Source of the DNA: a virus
Lineage: Duplodnaviria; Caudoviricetes
Length of the DNA: 33,602 nt
Direction: 5' to 3' (one strand)
IMG/VR virus record: IMGVR_UViG_3300029930_000005
Location: 1 to 33,602 of that record
Part shown: piece after piece, positions 17,382 to 30,900 of the stretch
Layout of the letters: each line of letters begins with the position of its first letter
Numbering within the stretch: position 1 is the first letter of the stretch
Program-made: the position numbers and the translations under genes
The notes under the pieces: model-generated
Databases searched by the model: none
Seen by the model: only the letters and a program-made list of their open reading frames with translations
What the model was told of the DNA's origin: nothing

Positions 17382-18935
17382 TTAAAATTCCAGAATGATT
17401 TTAATGTCTTCTTTTTGACGGGAGTTTCTATTAATAATTGATCTATTATCAAGATAAACTATTTGCCCGGATCCTTTATTTATTTCAGAATTTGCCAGTC
17501 CATTGGTAAAACTAACTCCCAGATTTATAAGTTTGGATCCTGTAGGATTTGTTGTAATTCCAGTAAATCCACTATCAACTGATGCTGAAAATCCAGAAGT
17601 TGATCCCACAACTAGATTTGCCGATGATTCAAACTGAAAAACTTTACCGGTGGTTGATATTCCGATATAATCAGTTTGATCTAGTGTTGTTTGATTGTAA
17701 TGTAAAGATCTGTCTCTAAAATATTTTAAAACTTTAGTTTCATTATCATACGCTGCAACATATCCCGTTGCTCTTCCACCAGTTACTGATTGTGTAATTT
17801 TTTCACCAACTTGTGGAGTTCCACTAATTGATGAAAACTTTATTGCATTCAGGGAAGAAAATGTGGGGTCAGTATATACTTGAGTTGATCCAATAGAAGT
17901 TGGGTTCTTAACAATGCCAACCTGAGCAAATTTTGTATCAATAGGAAAATCTTTTGTTGAATCATCAAATCTAGCATAAACTAGAACTCTATCAGTTCCT
18001 AACTCAGTATAAACATCATATCCATGTCCAAGTGAAGGGGGTATAATTGGAACTAATTTTGCACTTGTCCCTGTCGTACCCGAATTTAGAGTGCCTAAGT
18101 CAACAAGAGCATAACTATATCCCTTTCCACCAGATGTAACGGTTGTATCAGTTATAGTGCCACCAACAACATCAACTCTAACTTTTGCACCAGAACCGTC
18201 ACCTATAATATTAACTTGTTGTCCTAGTCCATTTGCGTATCCAGATCCACCTTTCGAAATATAAACTTTTTTTATTTGATTTTCATTAACTGAAGAGTCG
18301 GCATTTTCTCTAATCGTTCTTATTTGATCGTTAGATGAAGTTGTCCAATTATTTGGAACAGTTATGTACTCTGTAGAATCAAATTTTACAATATCACTTG
18401 GAGAAATGGTAAACAAATATTTCCATAAGTATCCATCACCACTTTCTCCAGCTCTCGATGGTTCCAAATCTGTGAATGTTGGTTCATCTTGAGAAACATT
18501 TCCTCTTGGACTGTTGCCTGTAGATCCATTATCTATACAGATATAAACTCTGTAATCAGAATTCATTACATAATAGTTTGCATCATATAATCTTGATGCG
18601 TTTGTCAATGGACTTGGATTTGAGATGCTATAATCATCTCTATACATTTCATATCTAGTTCCAGAAACCCAATCTATTCTTCTTATAATTCTTCTGATAT
18701 TAGCAGGACTTATTTTTTGACCAAACATCATTGTATCACCAGTATGCTTGTTATAAGCAAAATTGTCTGTTGGTGCTGGTGGGGATGTGTTCCAAGTATC
18801 AGTTCTACCAAATCCAATAAACGATGGATTAGGCAAACCTAAAAAAATGTAGTAGGAATTTGAACTAGATTCTACAGAGTCTATAAAATTACTAGCATTT
18901 AAAATCCTAAATTGATCAGTGACAATTGCAGACAT
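17382..18935 (-). CDS. gp8: Baseplate wedge subunit
   Basis: MSAIVTDQFRILNA, YRVYICIDN, DGYLWKYLFTI and GSGQIVYLDNR...RQKEDIKIILEF. Follows gp7. Confidence 0.93.
   Translation of the reverse strand: MSAIVTDQFRILNASNFIDSVESSSNSYYIFLGLPNPSFIGFGRTDTWNTSPPAPTDNFAYNKHTGDTMMFGQKISPANIRRIIRRIDWVSGTRYEMYRDDYSISNPSPLTNASRLYDANYYVMNSDYRVYICIDNGSTGNSPRGNVSQDEPTFTDLEPSRAGESGDGYLWKYLFTISPSDIVKFDSTEYITVPNNWTTSSNDQIRTIRENADSSVNENQIKKVYISKGGSGYANGLGQQVNIIGDGSGAKVRVDVVGGTITDTTVTSGGKGYSYALVDLGTLNSGTTGTSAKLVPIIPPSLGHGYDVYTELGTDRVLVYARFDDSTKDFPIDTKFAQVGIVKNPTSIGSTQVYTDPTFSSLNAIKFSSISGTPQVGEKITQSVTGGRATGYVAAYDNETKVLKYFRDRSLHYNQTTLDQTDYIGISTTGKVFQFESSANLVVGSTSGFSASVDSGFTGITTNPTGSKLINLGVSFTNGLANSEINKGSGQIVYLDNRSIINRNSRQKEDIKIILEF
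17477..17484 (-). promoter_or_regulatory. Possible internal late promoter AATAAATA within the gp8 3' end
   Basis: 7/8 match about 100 nt upstream of the VrlC-like start. It could simply reflect E-I-N-K codons. Confidence 0.25.
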
Positions 18936-18953
18936 TTTTAAATGTTTTTTCTA

Positions 18954-18961
18954 TATTTATA
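18954..18961 (-). promoter_or_regulatory. T4-type late promoter TATAAATA upstream of gp8
   Basis: Perfect consensus in the 46-nt gp7-gp8 intergenic gap, 18 nt upstream of the ATG at 18935. Confidence 0.8.
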
Positions 18962-18981
18962 TTCGAATATGAGAGGTATAA

Positions 18982-21900
18982 TTAAGTAACAGTATTGGTT
19001 AGAGATTTATCCCTAATAGATCCATTGTCTCTAAAACCAAATCCTCTTCTTTGTATAGATGGGAAAGATGATAATCCAGAATTGACTGTTAATCCAGTAA
19101 CTCCAATAGAAATTGGAGTTGTTGATCTCTGTAAATTGTACAATCTTCCCCAAGATATTCTTCCAAGTGGATTTAATAAAGAACCACTTGTGTTTATACC
19201 AATAACTGTTGTGGTATTGCTATTAATATTGCATAAAATCTCCGCATTTGGTCCCACATTAGACTTACTGTGTACAATGTAAACATTGTCTAAAAATGTA
19301 GTCCCAATACCAACTATTGATGTATCTCCACTATTGACCGAAGTTACACCATTACCAACTTTTGTATCAAATACTGCTATGGGATATCCAACTTGTAAAT
19401 CATTAGCATCTGGTTCAAGTGTTATCCCATTTGATTTAGTTGCAGCAAAGAATATTTTCAGTGCTAATGGGTGTCCCCCAGTTCCAGCAGAAGTGGTAAT
19501 TCCTGTAATTATTCCACTGAATCCTTGAACATTAGTAATGTTGGTAATTAGTTCTGTTTCTGGTTGAGGAATTTCAACAATTACTTGGGGTGGATTAGTT
19601 TGCTCATATCCAAATCCACCATCAGTTATCTGAACAGAAGAAACAATTCCAGAGGAAATAATTGCAAGTGCGGTTGCCGTTGTTCCAACTCCAACACCAA
19701 TTGTCTTGGGTCTTGAAATTTTAACGGGGATATTTCCAGAATACCCAAGACCTGCATTTGTTATTGTAATGGACGAAACTGTTCCAGCAGCCGAAACAGT
19801 AGCAGTAAACGCAGCAGAAACAGGGTCTGTTCCAGAAACAATCAATCCATCAAAATTAGATATGGTAACTGCATATTTGTTTTCCTCATGATTAAAGAAC
19901 TGAGCATCGTCAACAAATATTTGAGTGCTCGATGATGTAATATCTCCAATGATTTTTGCGGATGGGAAAACAAGAGTTTCAATACTATCTCTTACCTTAT
20001 ATGTTGGATCTCCTTTGATAACTTTATCAACTTTTTGTTTTGTCCATTCTATTGGTTTATAAGTAGTTTCAGTTATTCCTAAACCACTATATAAGTCAGT
20101 CTCTAGAATATCAGATTCTACTATCTCGAAAACTGTTCTCGATCTTTCTTGATCCAATGTCTGTACAAAATTAGGATTCTTAGTAACATAAACTTCGTCA
20201 CCCTTTTTAATAGTTTCATCCACTTCAACCTGTAAAACATCTACACCATTTGTTCCTCTATAGAAGAAAATATCAACCTTATCTGTAGATGATGGTGCTT
20301 CCGTAAACTCGAAGGAAGTTCCTCCTTCAAAATTATAAGCATATCCTGGAATCTGTAATACTCCATTTACGAAAATGACCAATACTGCATTTAAATCAAC
20401 TGAAGAAGAAAGTGCATCAGAGGAATCAATTTCAAAACTTAAAAGTTCTCCATTGTAATATAATGGGAATCTTATTCTGCTACCATTTTGTAAAAGACTA
20501 ATACTATCAATGTAATCTAGTTCACCAAACTGCCAGGCAGAGAAGTAATCATTAAAAATATCAAGAACTTCAAGTTCAAATTCCGCAAGTGGTGCTGCTA
20601 ATCCTGCAGCGGTAACTAACCCAACTGGTTTAAATTTGTCTCCTATTCTAAAGGCATATCCAGGTCTAGAAACTTTGAATGATGAAACTTGGAAATATGT
20701 AGATCCTATTCCAGTTGTACTAGAAGCACTGACATTGATATTAAGTAGAAGATTTCTTCCACTTTCTGTTGTTTCCCCTATTCCTAGTCTAGAAACTCCA
20801 GTTATAGGAAGATTTTCGTAAACTGGATCTGGAATTTGAATATATGGATCTACGTATCCAGTTCCACCATAACTAACAACAAAACTTAATGTACCACCTG
20901 CTCCAACAACGGCAGAAATAGTTGCTCCACTCCCCACGTGTTGAGGATCAGTGACTGCAATAGAAACAGGACCTCTGTATCCAGATCCATAGTTTAAATC
21001 ATACCAAGGGAATACCGTGCCCAGACCAATATATGTATGTGGCAGGGTGCTTGTACCAACATTTGCTGTAAAGGACCTAGACGATAAAATACCAGTAATA
21101 TCGTATGAGAAATCTAGTCCTCTTGATGGGAAATAAGATACTATTCCAGAACCAGATGGGCAGGTAAATGCTAATCCAACTAATTTTATTCTGTCACCGC
21201 CAACAAAATTATGATTTGAAGTAGTGGTGATTTCAATAATTCCTGTTGTATTATTGTAAGAAGCTGTGGTTATGGCTTGAGCGGCTCCTGTATACGAAAT
21301 ACCAGTAATACTTGTTATAGATCCTATTCCATTTACATTTGCTTTTACCTTTGCACCAATAAGAGGTGCATATCCCAATCCAGGAGTTGATCCAAGAGAA
21401 ACAATTATGCCACCTCTCGGCAATTGATTTTGATTAATATCAAAGTCTGATTTCACATAAGATCCATCGACAGATGTAATTCCAGTAAACACAACACTTG
21501 AAATACCTGCAGAAGACACTAATTCGTAATTATTTCCAGAATTATTCAATGTAGATGGTGTTTGAAATACTCCATTAATAAACAAAATACCATTCCCTAC
21601 AGTTAGACCTGTCGTATTTGCACCTTGAACAGTTAAGGTATAAGTTTTACCAATTCCAGTAAATTGATCTGAAATATCATCAAAAAGCATATTTGTAGAA
21701 TAATTCTTACGTAAGAAAGTTCTACCACCAAATGTTGATCTTACATATGGAAGATTGGTTTCATTTCTCCTCTGACGAGTATTACCTCTTGGTGGTTCAC
21801 TAAAATAGACTTTACTATTAACAATATTGAAAGATCCTCTATAAACTCTTGCAGTAGATCCATCTAAGTGGGTTGTTGATATAGATCCTACGGATCCCCT

Positions 21901-24900
21901 CTTAACACTGACAATATTGTATGTTCCAATTCCCGTGATAGGTCCCGTAGGAGTTGATCCAAAACCAACAGCGACAACACTCATATATTCATTGTCAATT
22001 TTCAGAACATCTCTTGTGAGTATTGTAGAAATACCACTAAGTGAGAAAGTTTGAATTCCTGCAGATATTTGTCCACCATTAAAACTTAAGGTATGAGTTA
22101 TTGGAGTGTATGTAATTGGTTGTTGAACGATACCATCTAAAGAAATGACGGTCTTTTCAAGTTTTTTAGTCATTTCGAGTTTATGGGCGTTCCCTAATCC
22201 ATAATCTGTAAATGTTACATAAATTCCGGCGTTAGCATATTCTTGACGAGTCGATAATCTAAACTGATCTTGATTAATAACAATTGGATAAACTATACCT
22301 GGAAGTTTGTCTGTCACCACACCCAAATAGTTTGCAGTTGACCCTATGCCGACACTAGTTTCTCCGACACCCACAAACGTCGAAGTTGGTGTATAAATTA
22401 ACTCTTCTGCAGTATTGAAGAAGTGATTTGGAATTGTGAATAATCCAGTTGATGGGTTAAGTTGAGTTGAATCAGATGGATTGAATGTCTTCACATAAAT
22501 TGGCGTCCCAATATGCTTCAGATCAAAATCAACTTTGTTTGCTCGGTTTCCATTTATTCCATCATATGCAGATAAGAAAACTGATTGAGTAGTTGTTCCA
22601 TAGTCTAAATCTGGAGGACTATTATCAAAGTCACTGAATGTATATAAAATTTCACTATAAGACTGAAGTTTTACGGAAGTTGATATTCCAGAATCTGGAT
22701 AGAATTTTACATCAATTGTTGATCCATTGGTTTCTCCACCAAAAGTACCTATTCCACTTGTACTACCAACTGAAATATATGCACCTTGATTGATAAAGAT
22801 ATTTTGTTTATTTTGTGTTAGGAATACTTCATGTAAAGCAGAAGTTTGTCCGTAAGAAACTCTTACAATTGATTTTACAGAAGTATCATTATCTAAACTA
22901 ATAGAAAATGCTGTGAGCGTGCTTACACCTACCGTAAAATTAGATTGCAATCTAGCACTTCTTTCCGCACCAGGTGGTTGTCCAGGAACAGCAAATCTAT
23001 AAGTCCCGATACCCGATGACGTGTTTGCAAGTCCAATAATATTAGATCGAACTAGGATTGAATCATCCTCATCATTTTGAATTTTTAAACTAATTCTGCC
23101 AGTTACATTATCATATTCGGCAGTAATAATTCCTATTTTTTCTGCACTAAATGCTGATGCAGTTCCATCAAAGTAAGATTCTGCATAATAAGCATTATTT
23201 CCATCAAAATCTACAACTACATCGGCATAATTTAATTTTTTGGTTATTGTATTTTGTATTTGTATGTTGGCAACTAGAGAATTAAAATCCGAACTATTGT
23301 AAGAAATAATAGTTCCAATGCTACTACCAATGGAAACACTGCCAATACTAGAGACGCCAATGTTTGACGAGGATAATTTTACAGATCCAAAAGTTACTGT
23401 TCCCACTCCTACGAGGTCTGTATTAAAAATATTCTTTAGTACTTTAATGTCATGATCTCTATCATATTTTTCTACTGGATTAAATAGTAAAGTTTTTCGT
23501 CCAAATCCATCAATATCGGCACTAAAATCACCCAATTTAACATTTGAGTAAATATTATTTTTATCGAGTGTTAAAGTATCAGAAGTGGTTGATAGAACTA
23601 CTAATTCCGACAACTCACTGTTAGAACTATCAGGATCTATGACTTGAATTAAATACTTTGAATAATTATCTGTTATCTCTTCAATTTCAGTATAGGTATC
23701 TTGCTGACCTTTATTTGAGAAACGATCACTTACATCATCATGAATAAGAACTCTATTAGTCAAACATTTTAAATAATCTGTTAGTTTTCTATTTTTTAAT
23801 TTTAGATATTTTGATTTATTTTGTCTTGTATCATAATCCAAAACTAAATCAAAGTTATTAATAGCATCAACTCTTTTATCCTCAACTAAATCTAGGACAA
23901 CCACTTCACTTGTGGTTGCACCATAAGAAACAGAACTATCTGCAGATGAAGTTATTCCAACATCTGCAAAGTTTTTAAGACCGGATGGGTGGAGAGTGCT
24001 ATTAACAGGACTTACAAATTCATCATATGTTATCGAACTCTTGATAGAATAAGATAAGTTTTGATAATAATCATTATCTTGGATTACTTGATAATCTTCA
24101 CTAAGTTTTCCCGTATCGTCAATCCAACCTGTTTGTTGATCAGTTGAATAATCAACTTTAAATTTGGATTTGTTGCTTAAAACATTCGTTACTGTTGCTA
24201 TAATTCCGCTTGTTTTTCCTCTAATTTTTTGATTTGCTGTAAGTTCATACTTACCAACAATTTTTATGTAATCTTCTCTTGATTTAGATACGTACAAGTC
24301 CTCTTCAATATAACTTGTTCCGTCATAAACATATAGTTGCTCACCTAACTTAAATAGAGGTCTCTTTTGTATTATTTCAAAGAAAGGATAGTTTTTACTA
24401 TTAATAATTGATGCATACCCTGATTGGAAGGTTTTTGCGATCCCAGGATTAGTGGTTAATCCAACACCTTCACTATTAACTAAAGAAAATTCTAGTTTTG
24501 CTGGATTGGTGTTTTCCCACAAAGTAACTGGGAAAAATCTATATTCATAATCTGATGAATTATAACCAGATCCACTAGAGAGGTCTGACAATTCAATACC
24601 TTCTACAAAAATACTATCTCCAACTTGGAATAGATCAGTTGGAAATCCAACAAGAGGTGGAGTTGATAATATGCAAGTCACCACTCCAGATGAACTACCA
24701 AATGCGGATCTAATCCCAACACCATTGGAATTATTGACCGAAACTAATCTATGTTCTACAGATTTTAATCCATAAGTTGGTCCAAGGATGTTAACTTTAG
24801 ATATTGTAGAAACTGGTACTTCAGCAACAAAAGATGAATCATCAACAACTTGTTTTGAAACGGGATTATACAAAATCAAGTTTGGTGCTGTTATATAATT

Positions 24901-27900
24901 TTTTCCTCCACTGATTATACCAACATACTCAATAGTATCACAATCATCAATTTTAACAACTGGTGGAACAAAGGCTTCCGGTCTTAGAGTTTTATCCGAG
25001 GAATACTCATATCCCATATCAATAATTCTTACATCTTTTATTCTACCAACTGATGTAGAAATAGCTACTAGGTTTGCATTTAAACCATCGGTGCTAATTA
25101 CATTTACAAATTTGGGATTTTTTTTATAATTTAAACCCTTAGAAAGAATTCTAACTTTATTAATTTCTCCAGTTATTGCTGGCGAACTTGTTGAATACTC
25201 TAGAGTTTCACACTGATTTTTAGTATATACAAGAACTTCTGGCACATAAGTTGGAGAAATTCTAAATGTTGTAGTGCTAATGCCAAAAACATTATGAGAA
25301 CCATTATATCCACTATCAATAAAATTGATTTCGGAATAATTTACCACATCAGTATCTGCGGTACTGATATATCCAGATTTTTCTAAAGTATAGAAAAGTT
25401 TTGGTGGAAGTGAGTCTGAGTAATTAATTGATAATGAAGAACTTCCTAAAGTTCCTAATCCAACAGTTCCAACTCCAGTAACATTAAAGTTACTAACATC
25501 TGATGTGCTATTGAACTCATTTTTAAACTCTTTATCATAAAATATTTTTAGATTATATCCAGATAAAGAAGAACTAGAAAGATTAAATGTTAATTTGCTA
25601 TTTTTGGTAACATTTATCTGTGGATTAATAAGAGAAATACTATGCTGACTACCACCTACACCAATAATGTTTACTTCATTAGGTGAAGAAAGTTGCGTAT
25701 CATAATATGTTTCTGCAAATTTAAATGAGTTTGAATCTATTTTTACTATAAAGTATGGTCCAGTTGATAGTCCAGAAGCTATTTCACTACTAGAATAATA
25801 AACTTTATTTCCATTTTCGTATCCATGAGAATTTATTGTTATTGTATTGGTCGCAGTATTAATTCCTGCAGAAGAAAATCCTACAGGATTAACTAATATT
25901 TTTTGGTCAGTTTCATTAAATGTTAGTGTTAATGGAGATGTGGTTCCAAATCCAACGACAACATTTGGCTTTACTGTCAATTTTATACTATCATTATTTT
26001 GAAGACTATGCCTCTCATCAGTTGTTATCACCGAAACTATTCGATCAACTTTTCCAGTTACTTGATTGAAATTACTTTCAATTAAATATTCTGAGTTGTT
26101 TGATCCATTACTATAAAAATATAATCCTTCACTATTTGTTGTCAATCCAACTTGAGTTGTTAATCCAATATAATCCTTCGATTTATTAATAATATAAGCA
26201 GTGGAGGTATTTGTTAGTAGATCTGGAACATAAAAAGTTCCACTTCCAGTATTATCGTTTCCAACGATGAATGCATCAACTCCAGCGATTGAAGACCTAG
26301 ATACAGTTACTTGTTGTCCAGTTTTAAATGAATGATTTGGAAGATATATGCTTCTTGTTGGAATTGTAATTGCTTTACTTGTTTCACCAATAACATAAGT
26401 TGTACTTATTCCTGCACCAGTTGTTGTACCAACTCCAACTGATTGATGCCCATTAAAGTAGATTTTCTCATTTTTTTGTGAATCAAATATAGGTGTTTTA
26501 AGGGGAACATCGATTGTATTACTCATTATATTAATTGTGCTGCCAAAACTATGTGCTGCTCCAACCCCAAATCTTTTAACTCTCAGAATGGACCCTAAAG
26601 GAAAAATATTTAATACTCTAAGATATTCATTGTTAATGAGTAAAGAACTACCAACTGAGACTGAATTGGGTATTCTAGATACATAAATGTCTTCAATTCT
26701 ACCAGTTGAAACTAAATTTTGAGTTATAGATTTAGCAAGTCCTATTGATCCTGTTGAAATACCAACCTTGAAAGAACCTGTCAATCCTGCAATGTTTGTA
26801 CTTAGTCCAGATATTAAGACACTATCTTGGTCGTTGAAATTAAAGAACGTTCCAATATGACCAGATACACTTTCATTACTATTCCAAGTAAAGACAACAT
26901 TATCATATCTCTGTAAAAATGTTTCAATTTTTGAAATATCTTTTCCTTTTAACTCACTAACTTCTGCTTTTAATCCAGTTCCATTAGTATCAGTATTATC
27001 AAATACCACAGAGTCTCCAACTTTATATCCACTACCACCATCTAAAATGTTAATAGATGATATCGAACCTTTTGAAATAGATTCAATAATTGTTCTTTGA
27101 TTAATAATTTCATTGGATTCGATAATAAAATCATTTCCACCATAAGAATCGCCAGATTTATATGGTAATGTATTTCTTGATAGATTTGAATTATTAAAAT
27201 CAAATGAATGATCTAATTTTAAATTATCGTCAATAAATTCTGATCTGTAATAATCACCAATAAAATATGGATACTTTGGTTCTAATCTACCTGTTATTGA
27301 AGAAGTGGTAACACCAACAAAATATGCATAAACGCCATTAGGAAATTCTGGAGTTTTACAAAATCTGCCATTGTTTATGTCTAAATCTCCAGAGGCATCA
27401 TATTGATAATCTTCAATAAAAAATCCAGAAGAAAACGCAGTTGGTCTATCAACAACTAAACTTGGTTTCAGTGAGTAACCTGGTGTGAGTAATTTAACTC
27501 TTGACTGGTTATCACTTGGATTTTCATATCCATAAGGACCATAGATTGGATTTCCATCATATGCCCATCCAACTATTGCCGAATGTCCAACACGGTCATT
27601 TGAATAAATGCTGTTGCTTATATCTTCATTATATCCTAAAATTCCATATGAGAGTGTATTATTTTTATCAAGCAATAAACTTTCGTTAAATCGACTTACA
27701 TCATTTAGTGTCAATGATCTGACTCTGGCATTAAAAATAGCACCAGATCCGCTTGGTCTTACTCTAACATTTGTATTAGTGTTCGTATAACCTATACCAG
27801 GATTAATAACTATTGTACCCGTAATTTTATTATTCTCAATAATAGGGCGTATAATCGCACCACTACCATCTCCCTCAACCTCTAGAGTTGGTGAAGAATA

Positions 27901-30900
27901 ATAATCATATCCAGAGTTTAAAATTTGTACTTGTACTATTTTGCCGCCAACTACAATTGGATTTAGTTGTGCTTCTTTACCATTTTTTACTGTTACAGTG
28001 GGTTTTTTCTGTAAATTTAAGACATTAGATCCATATCCAGTTCCGCTTTCATATAAGTATCCCCCAACCATTTCACCAGTTACAACTGGAGTTAAAATGA
28101 AATTGCCAGTAAAAGTCGATCCATATGAAACATTTATATTAACTTGAATATCTGGATACTTAAATATATGATATCCAGTTCCTGTTGTCTGCAAACTTTC
28201 ATATTTTCTCTTAATATAGTTTGTTTGTGAAGTCCCACCTATTCCAGCATTTGCCAATCTAAATGTATTATTATCAACTTTCAGAATATAATATTGATTA
28301 GATGTTGATAATCCAGATATTGCAGTTCCAGTTGTAGAATATCCTACAATTTCACCATCTTCAAATCCATGATTAATAAAATTGATAGTATCAAAATGCG
28401 TAGATATTCCCGATGGTTTTACTGTTAATTTTCTATACGAATATCCACTTCCACCGTTAATAACTGTTATATCTCTGAGATTTTTTTTAGATAGTGTTCT
28501 AAATTTATGAATACCTCCAGTGTTGCCACTTGTAGAAAAACCAATAGTATTAATTCCTGCCAGGTAATCTGAGTAATTATTAAACAGTCTTACCGTGCTT
28601 GTATTGATAAATTTTGATACATATGAACCTCCACTGACTAAAGATGATACTAAACTGTTAGAAGAGTCTTTAAATGTACCTATACCTAGAGGTGTATTAC
28701 CATTTTGATTATAAATTATGGTTTCTCCATCACGCAAATTGTGTGGACTATTAAAGGTTATTGTCTCCTCAGTAATATCTAATCCGCCACCAAAAAATAT
28801 GTCTCTAGTATCAAACTCTAATTCTCTAAACCTTTCTCCAATAACTGGTTCTAATACACACCCAGTTCCATTACCACCGATTAATGAAACTGATACGATA
28901 TTATCAACATCAAAATCTTGAGGATCTACAAATACTCGTTTCACTGATCCTGTGATAATTGGATCAACTAAAGCAGTTATTCCAGCACCGGTGGATATCT
29001 GTATTTTTGGTGGGTTTATAATATCATAGTCTTTTCCACCATTTAAAACCTCAAAAGATTCCAGTGGACCATAGTAAATTCTATCATCCGATTCTGGACT
29101 TAATATTTGAACACCATTTACCATGATGCCAATAGGTCCAGATTCTCTTGCTTTTATTTTTTTGGTAAAAATGTTTTGAGATAGTGGAAATTTTCTAAGA
29201 ATTTTATTTGGACTCAGAAGACGACTTGCGTGTTTTTTTAATGTGAATGTATGAGTTCCCGAATCAGTTTGTCGATCAAATTCAACTGGATTAGATCCTA
29301 AAAGAGATGACTTTGATGAATAAAGTGATATTTGATTTGAACTAATTAGTCTAATAAAATATGTCTCTCCAGATATTAATCCAGGTAAAGGTTTATTTTT
29401 ATTTGACGCAGTATATACGACAAAATCACCATCTATAAAAGAAATAGTATCAGAAAAAGAAATAATCGAATATAAGTTTGTTGTTGTGTTATATCCAGTT
29501 ATGTTTGGTGCTAGTCCATTTGGAATACTATGCTCAATAATATTGCTTGTTATTGTGTAACTTGGTAAGGAATTTGAAGCAACATATCCATATTCATCGC
29601 CATCAACATATACATTTAAAACATCCGATATATAACTACCATTTCCTTCTAATAAATTAACACCAAGACTTGTAGATTTTTTTAATTTTCTTCTTAGATC
29701 ATATTCAAGTGTTGGATTTGGAGCAAATGTTGATAGATTATTTAAGTTAACTTGATTTTGTGCGCTGTTTACAGTAGCAACAACTGCATTTGATAAGACT
29801 ACTGTGTTTGTATCTCTCAATAAAATATCAACCGTATCACCAACTCTTAGACTAGACTTATCAATTGTATCTAAAAATGAAAAGGTCGATCCAGAAATAG
29901 AAGAAATCTGATATCTAGAACTAGTATTATAGATCCAAGAATTTGCAAATATTTCTTTATATGATGCATTTTCTTGAGGATTGTTTATTGATTCCCCAAC
30001 ATTTTTAACCGTTATAAATTCACCTTCTTCAGAAAGTGCAACATCACTTTGATTTATAAATTCTGAAAGAACTCCAGTTATTCTTAATTCAACTTTTTTA
30101 CTCAAATCTCCATTTTCATATCCAAAAACAACTTCATCAGATCTTATATCATCTGCTAAAGTAATTTGACTATTTACACCAGAGCAACCAAAAAATTGAT
30201 TGATTGATTTTGAAGTATAATTTATTGTGTTAGATCCAGAAATTAGAGTTCCAGTTTGACCAAATCCAATTGTTGAATCTACAGAAATAATAGAAGAACC
30301 AATAGAAACTGTTTCAAGAACTTTTGTTTTTCCTGGAATAGTAAAAGTTCCTTGTACCAAATCCCTGTCATCATATCCAACAAATAAGGATAATTTATAA
30401 TAAGTTTTGGAATTTCTTGTAAATATTTCAACCTCAGAAACTGGTGCGTTAGTAAATAAATCCGTTGATTTAAATATAGTTTGTCCTACCAGATTAGATG
30501 GATCCTTTCCAGAAATGAGTTCAGATACAACGACTTTTTTTCTGTTGAACTTGGCAGATGATGGTTTGATCAGATATTTCTCTAGATCTAAAACAAGAGC
30601 GTCTTCACCATATAAAACTTTAAATAGAACTTTTACAGATTCTTCAACACCTTTGGATTGATAAAATCCCCTTGCATTCTTTATAAAGTTTCCTACATCG
30701 AGATCCGCGACAAAATCAACATCTTCAAACCCAGGAGTAAAAGTATACTTTAACTTTTTATAAAACTCCTGTAGGAAAAGAACACTCAGATTTGTAACCT
30801 TTGATCCTTGAATATGAGTTGCTGCTACAGTTTCCGAAAAAACTAAAGTTTGCTTATTGATAGTATCAACAAAACTTGAAATACCTACATTATATCCAGT

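Noticed and set aside
18932-18970. 12-bp palindrome ATATTCGAATAT (18959-18970) touching the late promoter, and a weak inverted repeat ACATTT/AAATGT over the gp8 start
   Set aside because: Both are almost entirely A/T and too weak for a terminator or RBS-occluding hairpin; they are expected by chance in AT-rich DNA. An operator role cannot be excluded but is unsupported.
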